DNA of 64,000 nucleotides. Origin: Cyanophora paradoxa CCMP329. Taxonomy: Eukaryota; Plantae; Glaucophyta. Below the pieces are notes generated by a model. The model was not told the DNA's origin and made no database searches. It was given only the letters and a program-made list of their open reading frames with translations. The number at the start of each line of letters is the position of its first letter. The first letter of the stretch is position 1. Shown here piece by piece: positions 59,831 to 64,000 of the stretch. Location: positions 141,541 to 205,540 of the forward strand of contig QPMI01000478.1 of assembly GCA_004431415.1 (NCBI GenBank). The letters are read 5' to 3'. Made by a program: the position numbers and the translations under genes.

Positions 59831-62800
59831 ATGAGCTTCAATTACCCACCAAATCTAGAAACCATTCAAGATGATAATGCAAGCAGCACCAAGCATGTGA
59901 ACTTTGATAATATTAAAGTAAAGGGTTCAGTTTCAATTGACCACAGCTCTGATAATTCATCAAAGACTCAATCAAGGGAGCATGCTTTATCTGTGAATCA
60001 AACCGATCCAGATAAAGAGGAGGTCAGTGTTGCTTTTAGTTTGGGTAATGTGAAAGCAAACCAAGTGGCAGAGATCAAAGCAACAAGAAGGAGACCTAGG
60101 AAACTAAAAACCAGTGGCACCCATCCAGATATACCTTCCAGGTTCGATAGTGGTCGATTGATTTTCAATGTTCAAGATGAGCAGGGCAAACAGAACACAG
60201 CTTTGCGAATTTACAATGAGGGCAGCACTGCAAAAGCTGAGGTCCCCCAAGTATTGCAAGTGGGTCCCATTGCCAACACAAATCAGGTCTCCTACACAAA
60301 TGATGTATACCCCAAGGATATTACATATGACTTTGCGAGGAATGAGCCTTTTGGGTTTTTTACTCCAAAAGATGTCCATCAAAAAAAGCCATCAATTACA
60401 ATCAACAGTAGCCCCAGTCAACCAGTAGCAATCCATTTACACCCTGATTTAGTCGAAATGGATAGGCACCTTTTGCCTTTGTATAGCAATGTGAAAGACC
60501 TTGGAATTCGAACCAGGCAATGGCGAAATATCCATGGCAGCAATGTGTATGCAAATGGAGAGAAGCTTGTAAGTGAGAAAACTCTAAGGGAAATCATTGA
60601 GCATTATGGTCCCAATGGACCTACTGTCCCATTCCCTATTCCATTTCCCAATGGACCACCCGATTTAACACCAAAGAAGCAACCTGGAAGAGAATACACA
60701 GCAACTGAAGATGTAGCCTTTGGGCAGCATATTGTAAGTTGGGAGCAAGTTCGCAATAAACCTATAATTGAACCAAGAAAGCAAATAGATGAGCAGTATT
60801 TACCTCCTGAAATCGATATATTAGAGCTTGAAGAATATCAATTCGTTCCAGATGAGGAAGAGTATTTACCAGATGGTTTTGACCCACAAGAGTATGAGTA
60901 TGATCAATTTGACCCCAATGAGGAGGAGATACTACCAGATGGCTTAGATCCACAAGAGTTTGAGTATGAGCAGAACTATGAACCTGATGAGGAGTATTTG
61001 CCAGATGGGCATGATCCACCAGCTGTTGATTATGAGCAACCTTATGAACCCCATGAGGAATTACTACCAGATGGATTTCGACCTGAGATCTGGGAGTTCT
61101 TTCCTGATTATGAACAAATTAATAATAAACCTGCAAAGTATCCCCAGAGGATCACAATCATGATTGGATGAGATCTTAGGCAAACCTCAAAAGTATCCAC
61201 CAGAGGATCACAGGCATGATTGGGGTGATATTGATGGAATACCAGAAGAATTTCCACCAAGCAAACATGAACATATTTGGGATGAGATTAATGACCAACC
61301 AGAGTTTGCAAAGTGGAGCCTTTGGCAACCCTAGGGGTTTCTCTTTACCAGACTTGCAATGTCCCTGAAAGGATCTTTTTGAATGAACACTATGTACATG
61401 TGAATGGGACACTTGCGAATTCAGGTATGAGAGGACCACTTCATATTAGGACATTACCAGGCTCTTTTGAAACCCCACCAGAACCAGGAGCAACCATACC
61501 AAATATCTTTGTGTCAAGCTACATGGAGGTTGACATACCCACAGATACTTTTAGAGTTCCAACAGACCCAGCAACCTACCAAAATTACAATGCAGCTATA
61601 CAGGTTCATGTTGCAGATGTGAGCAGTCTGGATGGATCAAGACCAATGATAGTTTTCAGTCGAGATAAATACTCCTACATTCCATAGTGGGAACTGCAAA
61701 TGATAATTATGGAAGGGCAGAACTTGCATGGATAAAAACGATTATGGTGGGGTTCTGGAATCAATCAGAGGATGGCTGCAAAAAACATACACAACGAGAA
61801 TATATCAAGAGTGGTCACAGAGGATTACCTTACTGCTGTAATACTTGTAAATTTCGTAACTCTTGCTATGCTTGGAGATTATGTAACAAACCTGAACTTG
61901 CAGATGAATTATCAAAATATCTTCCGCTTGTTGGTGGGACAATCACAGGAAATCTAAGAGTCAATAGTAATATTTACAGCAGCAATATTGAGACCAGCAA
62001 TCTTAAAGTAATTGAAACTCTCACAATTGGTCCAAGTAATTTGCACACACTGAATCAGATTATCAGGGATATTATCCCATCACATCATCTTATGATCCCG
62101 CCTTAAATATTTCAAATTGCATTTTTGCATGGAAAGCCTCAGGAACAGATGGACAATCAGCCACAGGAACAACCGTTTATAGTCGAATATCATCAATCAT
62201 ACCATCTCTTCCTGTCGTTGGAAATCCCTATTACTCCACCGGGATAAACAACCAAATGAGTTTGACAATTGGAGCAGATGCCGGTTTGCTTTGTATTCGT
62301 ATGTATCAAGAACTATTGATTACTCAATGGATTAACCTTTTTCTTTGTGGAAGATATGGAAGAGCTACAAGTGGGAATGATGTCCATTTTAGATGTGACA
62401 AAACAACAACTCCAAATAGACGTATTTCCTATGGAGCAAATACTTGGGCATCACTTGGTATCAGTTCATTTATAATCAATGCCGTAGGTCAAACAAAACC
62501 TTCGTTCAATGTTTCAACATTTGCAAATCAATGGTATTATTCCGACCAAACAATAACATCAGACAGCTACACAGTAGGATTTAATGGAATTGATATAGGA
62601 ACGATCACAGGAACAAATTATTTACCTGATTCGGTAGTTAATTTATTTGGAATAGGTTACCTCAATGGTGGTAGCATTTGTGAAATCATTGTTTTCAACA
62701 GAGCATTAACGGCAGAAGAAAAACAGAACGTCAGGTATTACATCCAGCAAATGTATGGTTTCCCTATAACTCAACCTCTTTCAACATCTATTGCGTTAAA

Positions 62801-64000
62801 GATCACATCACCTGAACAATAATAGATAATCTCACTGTTATTAGTAAAGCAACCTTCCAAACTATCCTACAAATGATGTGGTTCAAAATTGGATACGAAA
62901 CCATACACACACCAAGGTCAAATAACAGATTTTCGCACACAAGCATTTATGGGAGGATATCACGAATCCACCATTAACCTTTCCGCCTGATATTCACACT
63001 CATGATTATACCCAGATTACCAACTGCAATCACAGACACCCATGGAGCGAAATTGATCAACAACCAGTATTTGCACAATTGAATGCAATCGGAAATATTT
63101 TTTAATGGAGTTACACTTTACCAATCCAGTAATACAGCTGAAAGGTTATATTTGAATGATCATTATGTCAGCCTCAATGGGACTTTTTACAGGTCAAACA
63201 GGCACCCCCATGGTGGGAACTCTTGCAGTAAGATTACCCAGGATCTATTGTAAATGGAGCCTATGATGGAGATTTTAATGTTAGTGTGACTGATCTTTCC
63301 CCAGTATCTATGTAACGAATTATCACCAGGAGAAACAGGACAAGAAGAGATTTTCAGCAGCAATTCAAGTAATGTAACAGATCAAAGCGCATATGATGGA
63401 GCAAGACCTAAAATAGTTTTCACAAGGGAGAAAGTTGTAAACTACCTTCCTGTTGCGGGACAACCCACAGATGATCACGGAAAATGTGAGATGGCGTGGA
63501 TAAAAACGTTATCAGGTGGCGCCTTAGAAGTCAATCAGAGAATGGCGGCGAAAAAACTTACACAATACCACCCTTTCCGGTGTTGTTACAGATGATTTTT
63601 AGAAAACAAAGATTATGTTACAAATACAGAATTACAATTAGCTGTTACAGTTTTGTTTACAGATACCGATTTAACGGCGGCACTTGCTAATTATCTACCT
63701 CTAACAGGTGGAACTGTAACAGGTTACTGTGAATGCTACCACTTTACAAATTGCGGAACCACAATACCAAAAGGTTACGATTTCGACCAATTAGATGTGG
63801 TCTCATCAGATAGAAGCCCGAATAATTGGACTGTTACAGGATGGATACCAAGAACCGGGGACAAACAGGATGTTATACAACACCAGCAAATGATGAAGAG
63901 ATTGCCAGCGGTTGTTGGATGAGGTGGGTTGTTCCGCAGGTATGAAATCGTTTTATATTCAGCACATGCTTGGGGTAATTGTAGATATTTCGATATCTAC
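59831..64000 (+). CDS. Large fibre/spike-like protein region (one or more genes; many frameshifts; runs off the window)
   Basis: Phage-fibre-like motifs LLPLYSNVKDLGIRTRQWRNIH, WEQVRNKP, repeated YPPEDHxHDW..I.GKP, YLPL(V/T)GGT(I/V)TG twice, acidic ~21-aa repeats, and a LamG-like GSICEIIVFNRALTAEEKQNVRYYIQQMYG. Confidence 0.7.

Larger units (their letters stand above)
41497..64000. mobile_element. Endogenous Polinton/Maverick-like dsDNA virus (PLV); left end present, right end beyond the window
   Basis: Sharp drop in GC and loss of introns at ~41,500. Dense intronless genes for rve integrase, pPolB, SF3 primase-helicase, A32 ATPase, DJR major capsid and penton proteins. The exact left terminus (41497 AG.. 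or 41499 ACAC..) cannot be fixed without the right end. Confidence 0.95.

Overview
This is eukaryotic DNA from a GC-rich protist or alga with short introns, and it has two halves. The host half (1-41.5 kb) starts with a tandem array of ~291-371-bp units (1-3870), each carrying two canonical-looking spliceosomal introns. It then contains an ABHD1/2/3-YheT-type alpha/beta hydrolase, an F-box/LRR-like gene, two poorly defined GC-rich genes, and the 3' ~20 kb of a giant minus-strand surface-protein gene (CUB fragment, kelch-like blocks, about 21 copies of a ~110-aa Cys-containing module, C-terminal membrane anchor). At ~41,497 the sequence switches abruptly to an AT-rich, CpG-depleted endogenous Polinton/Maverick-like virus (PLV) that runs off the right edge and appears to sit in an intron of that giant gene. 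The element encodes an rve integrase, a protein-primed PolB whose proofreading domain looks destroyed, a Prim-Pol/D5-SF3 primase-helicase, an A32 packaging ATPase, a double-jelly-roll major capsid protein, two divergent pentons, a patatin-discoidin fusion and a phage-tail-fibre-like mosaic gene. Every frameshift I resolved in the core viral genes is a single missing base in a homopolymer, so the virus may be intact. The most unusual feature is the non-coding left arm: a 28-bp fold-back followed by a stack of origin-like cassettes built on at least four different iteron sequences. Only one cassette type recurs, inverted, directly behind the element's own primase-helicase gene. All family calls are from motif recognition by eye; no database search was run.
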